Part shown: positions 44,339 through 53,441 of the stretch, piece by piece
Position numbering within the stretch: position 1 is the first letter of the stretch
Layout of the letters: every line of letters begins with the position of its first letter
Source of the DNA: Polyangiaceae bacterium
Lineage (GTDB): Bacteria > Myxococcota_A > Polyangia > Polyangiales > Polyangiaceae
Length of the DNA stretch: 64,000 bases
Assembly: GCA_044376115.1 (NCBI GenBank)
Contig: JBILLK010000018.1
Span: forward strand, 96,001-160,000
Direction of reading: 5' to 3'
Translations under genes and position numbers: made by a program
Notes under the pieces: model-generated
What the model was told of the DNA's origin: nothing
Databases searched by the model: none
The model's input: the letters and a program-made list of their open reading frames with translations, nothing else

Positions 44339-46282
44339 ATGCGCCGCTTCGCTTGCGTCTTGACGCTCGCGCGCGCGCTTTTGATTTCGTCGAGAGCCAG
44401 CGCCGAGGACGTCGCCCCCATCGAGGTGGAGGTGCGCGGCGAGCTATTGCCACGCGTCGGCGATACCACCTTGCCCACGCTGGTGGTCGATCGCGAAGCG
44501 ACGCGTCGTCCGGGGGTGAGCGTGGCAGAGCTGCTGCGCTCCTTGCCCTCGCTCTCGGTCGCGAGGACGGGCGGCGCCAGCGACCTCGCCACGGTCTCCT
44601 TGCGTGGCGGGACCAGCGCGCAAACGCCGGTGTTCTTCGGCAATATTCGGCTCAACGACGAGCTGACCGGCACCGCGGATCTCTCGCTCATCCCGGCGGT
44701 CTTTCTGCGCCGCATCGAGGTCTTTCGTGGGCACGCGCCGATCGAACTCGCAGCGAACGGACTCACCGGCGCCGTGGTGCTGGTGCCGGAGAACGCCCTC
44801 GATCCGCGGGCCGCAGCCACCCTCGGCTTCGGCAGTTACGGCGAGCGAGCGGTGAGCCTCTCGGGCGGCGCTGGCAACGGTCGGCAGGCCGCCGCACTGT
44901 TCGTGCGCGCTGGGGAAGCGAGCAACGACTATTCGTTCATCGACGATCGCGGCACACGCTTCGACGCCTCCGACGACGTCGAGCGATCACGCACCAACGC
45001 CGATGCACGCACGCTCGATCTGTGGGCGACCTCGCATCTCGAAGGCCCACGCATCGCCGTCGACTTCCTAATTCGCAACTTCGCCCGCGAACAAGGCGTA
45101 CCGGGCCTGGGCGTGTTGCAGGCGTTGGGCGCTCGTTCGCAGGTGCAAGGGACCTTCGCCGCGATCACTTCGCGCGCCCAATGTGGAGACGGTTGTTACG
45201 TCGAGAGCAGCGCGAGTTTGCGCCGCTCCGACACCACCATCACCGATCCCAACCTCGAGCTGCTCTTGGCGTCGAAGCGCACCGACATGGCCGCGCGGCG
45301 AGCGAGCAGCGGCCTGCAATTCGGCTTCGCCCAGGCCGACCTCGCCGTGCGCGCCGGAGCCAATTTCACGCTCGATACGCTCGAGGTACTGCAAGACGCT
45401 CGCAGCGCCGTACGCGGCCGCGAGTCACGCATGCGCCTGTTCACCGGCCTCAACTACGAGCCGGTCGATTGGGCCGAGTTCACGGCCGAGGGCGCTGTCT
45501 CGAGCTCGAGCTCGGAGGGCGCCAACAGCTACGCAGGGGCGCCGGAGGCTCGCGTAGGAGCGGCGCTGCGACCGCATGAAGCGCTCGAGCTCTTCGCCAC
45601 CGGCGGCGTGTACAACCGCCTGCCGCTGCTCGGTGAACGCTTGGGCGTCAGCGCCACGGTGCTCGGCAATCCGCAGTTGGCGCCGGAGACCGGAGGCTCG
45701 GCCGACGTTGGTGCGCGCTTACGCTGGGAGACGAAGGACGTGGCGCTGGCCGCAGAGGCCGTGGGGTTTGCTCGCGTCGCCAGCGATCTCGTGGCGTACC
45801 AACGCAGCTCCTTCGGTGCGCTGCGGCCGTTCAACGTCGGCAGCGCGCGCATCGCCGGCGTCGATGTTATGGCGGCGGCCCGTTTCGTCGAATGGTTCTC
45901 GCTCGGCTCAGCGTTCAACCTGACCGACGCGCGCAACACCAGCGACGAAGCGACGTTGAGCAACGACCGTTTACCGTTCACAGCGCCCTGGTCGGTGTCG
46001 CCTTTTGCAGCGGTCGAACTTCGGTGGTCGGGTCTGATCGAGTGCTGGTCGGCGCGTGCAAGCTTTGACTACCGCAGCTCACGCTTCGCCGATCCGGCGG
46101 GCTTGATCGAACTTCCAGCGTTGCTCGATCTCGCGCTCGAGAGCTCGCTCGTCTTCGCCGGACAACGCGCAGAAGTGCGCCTGCGCGTCGCCAACCTAAC
46201 GAACAGCACGTCCACCGACTTGATCGGCTATCCGCTCCCCGGACCCAACGCCCATGGAACACTCACCCTGAGGTGGCCGTGA
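44339..46282 (+). CDS. btuB: TonB-dependent receptor, cobalamin (BtuB-like)
   Basis: Plug motifs SLRG...QT.V and RIEVFRG, GNPQLAPETG, V.NLTN...GYPLPG at the C-terminus; riboswitch-controlled. Confidence 0.8.
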   Translation: MRRFACVLTLARALLISSRASAEDVAPIEVEVRGELLPRVGDTTLPTLVVDREATRRPGVSVAELLRSLPSLSVARTGGASDLATVSLRGGTSAQTPVFFGNIRLNDELTGTADLSLIPAVFLRRIEVFRGHAPIELAANGLTGAVVLVPENALDPRAAATLGFGSYGERAVSLSGGAGNGRQAAALFVRAGEASNDYSFIDDRGTRFDASDDVERSRTNADARTLDLWATSHLEGPRIAVDFLIRNFAREQGVPGLGVLQALGARSQVQGTFAAITSRAQCGDGCYVESSASLRRSDTTITDPNLELLLASKRTDMAARRASSGLQFGFAQADLAVRAGANFTLDTLEVLQDARSAVRGRESRMRLFTGLNYEPVDWAEFTAEGAVSSSSSEGANSYAGAPEARVGAALRPHEALELFATGGVYNRLPLLGERLGVSATVLGNPQLAPETGGSADVGARLRWETKDVALAAEAVGFARVASDLVAYQRSSFGALRPFNVGSARIAGVDVMAAARFVEWFSLGSAFNLTDARNTSDEATLSNDRLPFTAPWSVSPFAAVELRWSGLIECWSARASFDYRSSRFADPAGLIELPALLDLALESSLVFAGQRAEVRLRVANLTNSTSTDLIGYPLPGPNAHGTLTLRWP

Positions 46283-46284
46283 CA

Positions 46285-47517
46285 ATGCATCGCATCCACG
46301 CCCTGAGTTCGCTGCTCATCGCAACCGTGCTCGCTGCTTGCGAAGCCGATCCGCCTGCTCCACCCGAACCGATCGACCAGCCGCTCGGCGTTTGCGGGCA
46401 TGCGCTTTACGTCGTCACCAGCGACTACCAATCGAGCGCCGTATCGGTGGTTTCCTTCGATGGGGAGGTGTTGGTCGCGCCGTTCTTGAGCTCTGCTTCG
46501 GAGACGCCGGGGCTGAGTGTGGCGCTATCCGGAGACGTCGTTGCGCCGCTCTCCACCACCAGCGGCGAGCTGATCCTGATCGACCGTTTTCCCGCGGGCG
46601 TGCTCACCTTCGCTGATCCCAAGAGCGGCACCGTGGTCGCGCAGACCGACGTCTCGACCGGCTTCGCGTCGAACCCGCAAGACGCGCTCGTGCTCAAAGA
46701 CGGTCGCATCGCTGTCGCGCGCTACGGTGAGAACCCCACGCCGGGCCAAGCTCCGTTCGACAGCGGCAGCGACCTGCTGCTGCTCGACGGTGCGAGCCAC
46801 ACGATCGTTGGGCAGGTCGAGCTGCGTTCGTTGCTCGAGGACGCAGAGCTCCTTCCGCGGCCCGCTCGCCTCGCGCGTAATGACGAGGAGGTGTTCGTTT
46901 TGTTGGCCGCCTACTCGAAGGACTTTCTCAGCAGCGGTGACGGCCGACTCGCGGTGCTGGACGGCGAAAGCTTGGAGCTCGTGAACTTGATCGAACTCAG
47001 CGGGGGCTTGGGTTGTGGCGCGCTCGCGCTCGCGCCCAGCAAAAACAGGCTCGCCGTCGGCTGTTCCGGCAGCTTCTCCGGAACCAGCGAGCCGACGCTC
47101 GAAGACTCAGCGTTGTTCATCCTCGATCGCGCTGAAAGCGGCTGGGCGCTCAGCCGAACGATCCCAGCGCAGGAGCTCGGACAAGATCCGCTCTCCGCCT
47201 CGATCGCCTTTGCTAGCGAGACGGTGCTGCTGGCTGCAACCTTCGGACGGCTCGCCGACAGCGGCGAACAAGAGCGTCCGGATCGACTGCTGGCGATCGA
47301 CCTCGAGACCGCCAAGGCCCAGGAGCTGCTGGCCACCCCGCGCTTGCCGTTCTCCTTCGGGGATGTGCGCTGTTGCGAGGACTGGTGCTTTCTTGCCGAC
47401 GCCGATCGCAGCGTGTTGCACCGCTGGAGTCACGCGGACGGAAGCTTCGAGGGCCGTCGCGAGATCCAGCTCGAGGACGGCATTGGCCTGCCGCCTCGCA
47501 CGCTGGGAGCGTACTGA
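46285..47517 (+). CDS. Beta-propeller lipoprotein, BtuG/YncE-like
   Basis: LAAC lipobox; SDYQS, IDR, NPQD and repeated blade-like strands; follows the receptor. Confidence 0.7.
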   Translation: MHRIHALSSLLIATVLAACEADPPAPPEPIDQPLGVCGHALYVVTSDYQSSAVSVVSFDGEVLVAPFLSSASETPGLSVALSGDVVAPLSTTSGELILIDRFPAGVLTFADPKSGTVVAQTDVSTGFASNPQDALVLKDGRIAVARYGENPTPGQAPFDSGSDLLLLDGASHTIVGQVELRSLLEDAELLPRPARLARNDEEVFVLLAAYSKDFLSSGDGRLAVLDGESLELVNLIELSGGLGCGALALAPSKNRLAVGCSGSFSGTSEPTLEDSALFILDRAESGWALSRTIPAQELGQDPLSASIAFASETVLLAATFGRLADSGEQERPDRLLAIDLETAKAQELLATPRLPFSFGDVRCCEDWCFLADADRSVLHRWSHADGSFEGRREIQLEDGIGLPPRTLGAY

Positions 47518-47560
47518 CGCGGTGGTCGGAACAATCGCGCTGGACTAGGCTGCGCGCCGC

Positions 47561-48232
47561 ATGCGCGTCTACCAACTCGTCGTTCTTGCTGTCGTTCTTG
47601 GTACGGCCGTTCCCGTTGGCCTGCACTACCAAGCCCATCACGTTTGGAACGTGCACCAGATCGGCGTTGGCTTCTTCCTTTGGCTCAACTCAATCATCTG
47701 CTTCTGGGAGATCTGCCTGCTGCTGAAGATCGATCGGATCGAGAAGGAGTACGCCCAGTTCCAGCTCGACTACGAGGGCCGTGAACTCGATCGCGTACGC
47801 GACTACTTCTTCTCGAAGGTGCCGCTGTCCAAGACGTTCTCACCGAACACCTGGAGTCAGATCTGGTCCTCCTACGCGCTGTTCGACTCGTCCTACGCCA
47901 ACCGCCGCTCCTACGGTTTCTTCATCGATATCGGCAACGGCTTCTCGGCGATCATCCCCTCGCTGCTGTTCCTCTACGGCATGACCTTCCACTTCATGCC
48001 GGCGCGCATCCTGGGCTTCATCGGCCTCTTGAGCTGCTACCAAATGTGGTACGGCACGCTCATCTACTACGTGAGTTACCTGCGTAACAAACGTAGCGAG
48101 GGCAAGCTCACGCTGGTCAACGGCGTGGTGGTGGCGCTGCTCAACAGCCCCTGGTTCACCTTCAGCATCTGGGGCATGTGGGCCGCCATCCAGATGATCA
48201 TCGACCAGTCCTACGCAGTCTTCCTGCGCTAA
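47561..48232 (+). CDS. EXPERA (emopamil-binding protein-like) membrane protein
   Basis: Several TMs with ..CFWE, IWSSYALFDSSY...D and C-terminal NSPW, matching the EBP-type E, WxxY...D..Y and NxxW pattern. Confidence 0.6.
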   Translation: MRVYQLVVLAVVLGTAVPVGLHYQAHHVWNVHQIGVGFFLWLNSIICFWEICLLLKIDRIEKEYAQFQLDYEGRELDRVRDYFFSKVPLSKTFSPNTWSQIWSSYALFDSSYANRRSYGFFIDIGNGFSAIIPSLLFLYGMTFHFMPARILGFIGLLSCYQMWYGTLIYYVSYLRNKRSEGKLTLVNGVVVALLNSPWFTFSIWGMWAAIQMIIDQSYAVFLR

Positions 48233-48277
48233 TACGCTCGTGCTCCCTGCCTCTTCACTCGTGAGGGGCCGGACACC

Positions 48278-48700
48278 TCAGTGGATCGTCTCTTCCATCA
48301 GCTCGCGCCAATCTTCAGCGTCGAGTTCGGGGTAGATGTAGTCCCCCTCGAAGTTCGTGTGGTGGAGCATCAAGCGAGCAACGTCAAAAACGATCTGAGC
48401 GATAACGTCGACCTCGGTCGCCGCCTCAAGCTCGGTGCGCTTCTCACGAATGGCTTCGTGATGCTTCGTCGCCACCTTCACCTCGGGAGCGAGACCGCGA
48501 TCGGTAAGGCGCGTAAACAGGCAGCGCTCCTCGTACTCCATGTGGCGTTCCATCGCCCCGTGAAGGAACTTCAGCAGGCTGTCTTTCTCTTTTGCAGCGG
48601 CCTCGCGGGAACGATTGGCCGTTGCCATGAGTTGGCGCGCCATGTGTCGCGCGGCGTCCTCTTCCCCAAAGAGGTTGGCCAGCATGCTCTCGAAGTCCAC
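48278..48700 (-). CDS. Hemerythrin-domain protein
   Basis: HMEYEE, HHEAI and HHTNFEGDYIYP (HxxxE) motifs; start uncertain (GTG 48700 or ATG 48685). Confidence 0.75.
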   Translation of the reverse strand: MDFESMLANLFGEEDAARHMARQLMATANRSREAAAKEKDSLLKFLHGAMERHMEYEERCLFTRLTDRGLAPEVKVATKHHEAIREKRTELEAATEVDVIAQIVFDVARLMLHHTNFEGDYIYPELDAEDWRELMEETIH

Positions 48701-48887
48701 AGAACCTTCCGAATCGCGGGAGTTTAGGTCCCCCCGAGACCGCCACGGGCATCGTGACGGCATGCGCATAGCATGAGGGCGGCCCGTCGGTAAGGACGCT
48801 GACTCAAAGTAAAAAGGCTAACCTTTCTGGTCCGGAACCGTTAGGCTTGGATTTGGGGCCAACTCTTTTGATGACTGGTCTTTTCGG

Positions 48888-50489
48888 GTGATCGAAGCAG
48901 GGCAATTGCTCAACCAACGCTACCGACTTCTCCGGCCTCTAGGCCAGGGGTCGCAGGCGTTTGTGTGGGTTGCGGAGCACCTTGCGCTCGGCTCCCAAGT
49001 TGCGGTCAAGCTCATCGATCCTGAGCTGGCCAAACAAGAGGACGCTCGGCAGCGTTTTGCGCGCGAGGCCACCGCAGCAGCCAAGCTTCGCTCGGCCCAC
49101 GTCGTGCAAATGCTCGACCACGGCATTGAAGGCGATCAGCCGTTCATCGTCATGGAGCTGCTCGACGGTGAGGATCTCTTCGATCGGCTGGACCGGCGGA
49201 AGAAGCTGACCTTGGTCGAGACAGCGCGCATCGTCACGCAGGTCTCACGCGCGCTGATGCGTGCCCACGCCGAGGGCATCATCCACCGTGATCTCAAGCC
49301 AGAGAACGTGTTCCTTGTGAGGAACGAGGATGATGAGCTGGCCAAGGTGCTCGACTTTGGCGTGGCCAAGGTGGTGACGCCGGCCAAACAAGTGATGGTC
49401 CGCACCGGCGTCGGCACGTTGATCGGCACGCCGCACTACATGAGCCCCGAACAAGTGAAGGGCGTGAGCGAGATCGATCATCGCTCGGACCTTTGGTCGC
49501 TCGGCGTGATCGCCTACCAGTGCGTCACTGGGCAGCTGCCGTTCGACAGCGAGGGCGTCGGAGACCTGCTGATCCGCATCACGATCAACGAGCCGCTCAA
49601 GCCCTCCACGCTGGTCCCGGATCTGCCGAGCGCCTTTGACGAATGGTTCAAACGGGCCTGCGCGAAGGAACCGGCGGAGCGGTTTCAGACCGCCAGGGAG
49701 ATGGCCGAGGCGCTCGTTCGCTGCAGCGGCGTGCAAGCTCCGGCGAGCCAATCCGGCCGCATGCTGGTGAACCTCGGTGACGCGGTGGATCTCGATTGGG
49801 GTTCGCTCGCGGGCATCCGCATTCCCTCGCCGCGGCGGTCTTCCCCCACGCTCGACGACATCGAATCGCGGGCCATGTTGCGCGGCTCGATCGCTGAGTC
49901 CGCCCCTCCCCCGCCCGCTGCGCCGCTGAGTGAAAACCCGTTCCTCAACCCGGAACCGCTCGCGCCTGCGCCTGCCTCGGCGCCCGTCTCTTCCGTGCGC
50001 GCGACCCCTTCGCTCGCACCGCAAGCCAGCAACAGCAGTCCGCCGTCCTCGGCCCTGCGAGCGATGGGCACCACCGTCACCGGCCTCAGCGCCAGCGCCG
50101 ACTACGAGCTTGAAGGCGGCGGCAAACGTCGTCGCGCACTTTGGTTCGTCGCCCTCGCCGTGGTTGTCGCCGGTTGCTTAGTTGCAGCCTTCATCATCCG
50201 CTCGCGCGGTGGCTTCGACGCCTTGACCACGCCCGCCGCAAGCTCTGCAGCACCGCAACCCTCGGTGTCGAGCTCCGCACCCAAGCCCGTCATCTCGAGC
50301 TCCGCAGCGGCCTCCTCCACCGCCTCCGCCGTGGACCCGACGATCACCAAGAAGCCCACGGCCAAACCCGTTGGCCCCACGCCGTCCCCCAACTGGAAGC
50401 CCCCGCGCAAGGATGAAGAGCCGGGCGCCGTGATCATCGAGCTCCCCGACCCGATCAAAGAGATGGAGAACCCCAAGCCCCGTCGCTAG
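48888..50489 (+). CDS. Hanks-type Ser/Thr protein kinase, single TM
   Basis: VAVK, HRDLKPEN, DFGVAK, GTPHYMSPEQ, DLWSLG; Pro/Ser linker and TM. Confidence 0.93.
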   Translation: MIEAGQLLNQRYRLLRPLGQGSQAFVWVAEHLALGSQVAVKLIDPELAKQEDARQRFAREATAAAKLRSAHVVQMLDHGIEGDQPFIVMELLDGEDLFDRLDRRKKLTLVETARIVTQVSRALMRAHAEGIIHRDLKPENVFLVRNEDDELAKVLDFGVAKVVTPAKQVMVRTGVGTLIGTPHYMSPEQVKGVSEIDHRSDLWSLGVIAYQCVTGQLPFDSEGVGDLLIRITINEPLKPSTLVPDLPSAFDEWFKRACAKEPAERFQTAREMAEALVRCSGVQAPASQSGRMLVNLGDAVDLDWGSLAGIRIPSPRRSSPTLDDIESRAMLRGSIAESAPPPPAAPLSENPFLNPEPLAPAPASAPVSSVRATPSLAPQASNSSPPSSALRAMGTTVTGLSASADYELEGGGKRRRALWFVALAVVVAGCLVAAFIIRSRGGFDALTTPAASSAAPQPSVSSSAPKPVISSSAAASSTASAVDPTITKKPTAKPVGPTPSPNWKPPRKDEEPGAVIIELPDPIKEMENPKPRR

Positions 50490-50585
50490 GGCGCTTGGTC
50501 GAGCTCCATCCGACGTCGCTGGCCGAAATGCGACCGCGCCGGCCAGAGTTGGCCCGCACACACGAGGCCACGGCGGGGGATCGAG

Positions 50586-50668
50586 CCTCGAATTAACCGT
50601 TTTGTTGAGTTCGCCGCCCGATCCCTGGGCGATCGAAGCCCGAATTCAACAAAACGTCCAATTGAGGC
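50586..50668. repeat. Long imperfect inverted repeat between convergent genes
   Basis: CGTTTTGTTGAGTTCG (50598-50613) pairs with CGAATTCAACAAAACG (50641-50656), extended by CCTCGAATT/AATTGAGG. Confidence 0.75.
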
Positions 50669-50725
50669 GCCCATCCGGGCGGGTGGTTCTCGGGCGGGGT
50701 CCTCCGGCGGCGGTCCGCGAGGCTT

Positions 50726-53377
50726 TCACGTTGCAGTGCGCTCGGCCTTCGCAAGCCTGGTTCCAGTCACTGTTGCTCGTGAGAAACGGGCGTGGGCCAG
50801 CGTCACGCCCTTACTGAACTCCGCGCCTTCCATGTTGGTCGCTTCGAAGCTGGCGCCGTCCAGAACAGCCTCCTCCAGTGAAGCACCGCGCAGGTCGGCG
50901 TCGCGCGCGTCGGCTTGCGTGAGGTTGGCGAAGCGGAAGCTTGCTCGCTCGGCGGAGCAGTTCGCGAGCGTCGCGCCCTTCAGGTTTGCGCCCGAAAAGA
51001 CAGCTCCCGCAAGGTTGGCCGCGGTGAAGGTGCATCCGGCAAGGTCGGCGGAATCCCAGGTGCTCGCCGAAGCCTTTGCGCCGTCGAAACGTGAGCCGCC
51101 GAGCGCGGCCAGTTCGAATCGAGCATCCTTTAGCGTCGCTCGCTCGAAGGTGGCGCCTGGTGCCTGCGACTCGTAGAACTTGCCGTCGGTGAGGTCGCTC
51201 TCAACGAAGGACGCGGCTTCCATGCTTGCCTTCGAGAAGTCTGCCTTGGTGAGGCGCGCACTGTCGAGGCGCGTACGGGTGAGGTCCGCTTCAACGAAGC
51301 GAGTCCCCGTGCCGCCTGCCCCGGTTAGAATGGCCTCCGCTAGATTCGCGCGGCTAAAGTTTGTGTGGTCGAGCTCGGCCTCGCAGAAATTCGCCTGCTG
51401 TGCCTTTGCCGCGCGAAGGTCCGCCCTTGAGAGCTTCGCTCCGACGAGAGAGGCACCCGCGAGTGATGCGCCCGCGAGCACAGCGCCGCGGAGATCCGAG
51501 CCATCCAGCCGCGCGCCTTCAAGCGATGCCCCACGCAGGATGACGCCACGAAGATCCGCACCACGAAGATCCGCTCCCGACAATTCCGCGCGTGCGAGAT
51601 CGCGGCCTAAAAAGTTTTTGCCCGCCGCCACATCGGCGAGGATCTCCGCTCGGCGGGGTGGCGGTCGCGCCGGTCCCGGCGCCGAGCGAAGCCTGAGCAG
51701 AGCGGCCGTCAGTTCAGACCAATGGGCACGCGCAGCCTTGAGCGGCCGCAACGAGGACGCATCGATGGTGGGTGAAACCGCGTCGCGCCAGATCGGTGCG
51801 CGGAGCGAGGCAACCGCATGATCGACAGCCGCAGAGCCCACGGTCTCACGGTCACGCACAAGGAGAAGCGACGGTTCCTCGGTGCCACCCTCAACAACCG
51901 GGTAGCTTCCCCGCCAAACGATCTCGAGCCGCATCGCATCCGCGTCCAACAGCAAGGTGTCGAGCTGGAGCGCAACATCAGCGACCTCGGACTTCGGACC
52001 GCTCAGTGCAAGAGCGTGCGGCCTCTGCGTCGGGAGCGGTACGTCGATCGTGCGACCACCCTCCAGCAGTCCTGCGACGACCAGGCGCGCGTCCGGACGG
52101 AGCATAGGTGTCCTGAGCAGCGGCAGAGCGACCTGAAACGCCCGCGGGTCAACGTCCGCAGGCAGATAGGGCCAGCGCTCATCAAGCCACCCGTCATCGA
52201 AGGTTCCGAATAGCGGCTGCCGCGCTGGATGGGTTGGAGCGATGGGGCCCAGCCTTACTGGCGCGTCCGAGGACGCATCGAATGATGCACGGAGAGTCCC
52301 CAATTCGACCCGAACGACGGTTTTCGCAGCACCTCCGACGGCCCTCGCGGTGCCCCGAATCACCAGATCCAGCTCCTGTTTGAACGGCGCGAAATCAGAC
52401 GCTCGCTCAAGCGCGCCGTCGGCTCCGAGTCGGTCTCCTTCCAACGGGGGTTGAGTCTCAGCAAGGCTCAGGCTGCGTCCGTCCGGTGAGATGTCGAACG
52501 CGCCTTTCAAGAACACAAGGCGCCGAGCCTCTCCCGGGGTGGGTTTCCAAACACGCACCTGCGCCGCAAAAGGAGTGAGGTTCTCGAGATTGAACGGTTG
52601 CACGACCGGACTCCGAGAGTTCTTCGAAGCTCCGCGTGCCTGGATCCACGCGGCTGGGCGGCCTAGCGCCTTACCGTCATCCTTCACCGGCTGAATTGCT
52701 ATCTCCAGACGATCTCCCAGTTGTGGTGTCTCGAGCGCTAAGGGCCATTCGACGCTACCGCGATGGGTGACGGACACGACCCCGAGGACCGTCTCGATGC
52801 TGAGGGTGTCCGCAACGAATGGTATGCAGCGGCTATCACTCGACGGACCGTTCACCACCCCACGCGGCATCAGCTGAGGGAGCCGAAACACAAATTCATC
52901 CTCGACCGACTCGAAGCCCACGAGGCGAATCTGCTCTCCACCCGCCAGATGGGGCAGCCATTGGTCCTCAGGTGCCTGTTGATAGATTCGAGTGTCACCA
53001 GCGTCGCTCAAGCTAGGCGGCAGCTCACTCGACTCGGCCCAGTCTCGAGGTGCGTCGCCTGCTAACGGCCTATCCCCAGGCCCAGCGAGCGGACCGCGCG
53101 ACGGCGCGACGACCATCTTTTGCAGAATGATGTCTGCGCCTCGTGCGATCGCGATGCCCCGGAAGTGCGGCAGCGGAGCGCGCCGGATTGGCCCCTCGAC
53201 AACCACCTCAGCGAATGGCTTATAAGGCCCGCGGTCCAGTTGAGAGAAAGGGCGTGGCGTGATGATTCGCCCGTCTGCGAGGGAATACGTCACCTTGACG
53301 ATGAACGTGAGAAACGACCGACCTTGATCGGTTTTCCAACGCAACACTCGGTGGGCGAAGGCCCGAGCGGCAATCAC
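50726..53377 (-). CDS. T6SS accessory protein: two DUF2169 domains plus pentapeptide repeats (TagAB-like)
   Basis: VKVTY..PYKP.AEVVV.G..QQAPEDQ..DTL and NLTPF..KGAF..SDFAPFK..GTFD..W...RWP.LP.D.D..DTL...WRG, then A(D/N)LxG repeats. Confidence 0.85.
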   Translation of the reverse strand: MIAARAFAHRVLRWKTDQGRSFLTFIVKVTYSLADGRIITPRPFSQLDRGPYKPFAEVVVEGPIRRAPLPHFRGIAIARGADIILQKMVVAPSRGPLAGPGDRPLAGDAPRDWAESSELPPSLSDAGDTRIYQQAPEDQWLPHLAGGEQIRLVGFESVEDEFVFRLPQLMPRGVVNGPSSDSRCIPFVADTLSIETVLGVVSVTHRGSVEWPLALETPQLGDRLEIAIQPVKDDGKALGRPAAWIQARGASKNSRSPVVQPFNLENLTPFAAQVRVWKPTPGEARRLVFLKGAFDISPDGRSLSLAETQPPLEGDRLGADGALERASDFAPFKQELDLVIRGTARAVGGAAKTVVRVELGTLRASFDASSDAPVRLGPIAPTHPARQPLFGTFDDGWLDERWPYLPADVDPRAFQVALPLLRTPMLRPDARLVVAGLLEGGRTIDVPLPTQRPHALALSGPKSEVADVALQLDTLLLDADAMRLEIVWRGSYPVVEGGTEEPSLLLVRDRETVGSAAVDHAVASLRAPIWRDAVSPTIDASSLRPLKAARAHWSELTAALLRLRSAPGPARPPPRRAEILADVAAGKNFLGRDLARAELSGADLRGADLRGVILRGASLEGARLDGSDLRGAVLAGASLAGASLVGAKLSRADLRAAKAQQANFCEAELDHTNFSRANLAEAILTGAGGTGTRFVEADLTRTRLDSARLTKADFSKASMEAASFVESDLTDGKFYESQAPGATFERATLKDARFELAALGGSRFDGAKASASTWDSADLAGCTFTAANLAGAVFSGANLKGATLANCSAERASFRFANLTQADARDADLRGASLEEAVLDGASFEATNMEGAEFSKGVTLAHARFSRATVTGTRLAKAERTAT

Positions 53378-53441
53378 GCAGGGAGCCTACAACACTCGAA
53401 GCCATCGCGGAGCCGGCGCGCTATCCTCCGCCAACGTTCCA

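Noticed and set aside
50586..50668. Integron attC site
   Set aside because: It lacks proper RYYYAAC/GTTRRRY ends, and there is no integrase or cassette array.
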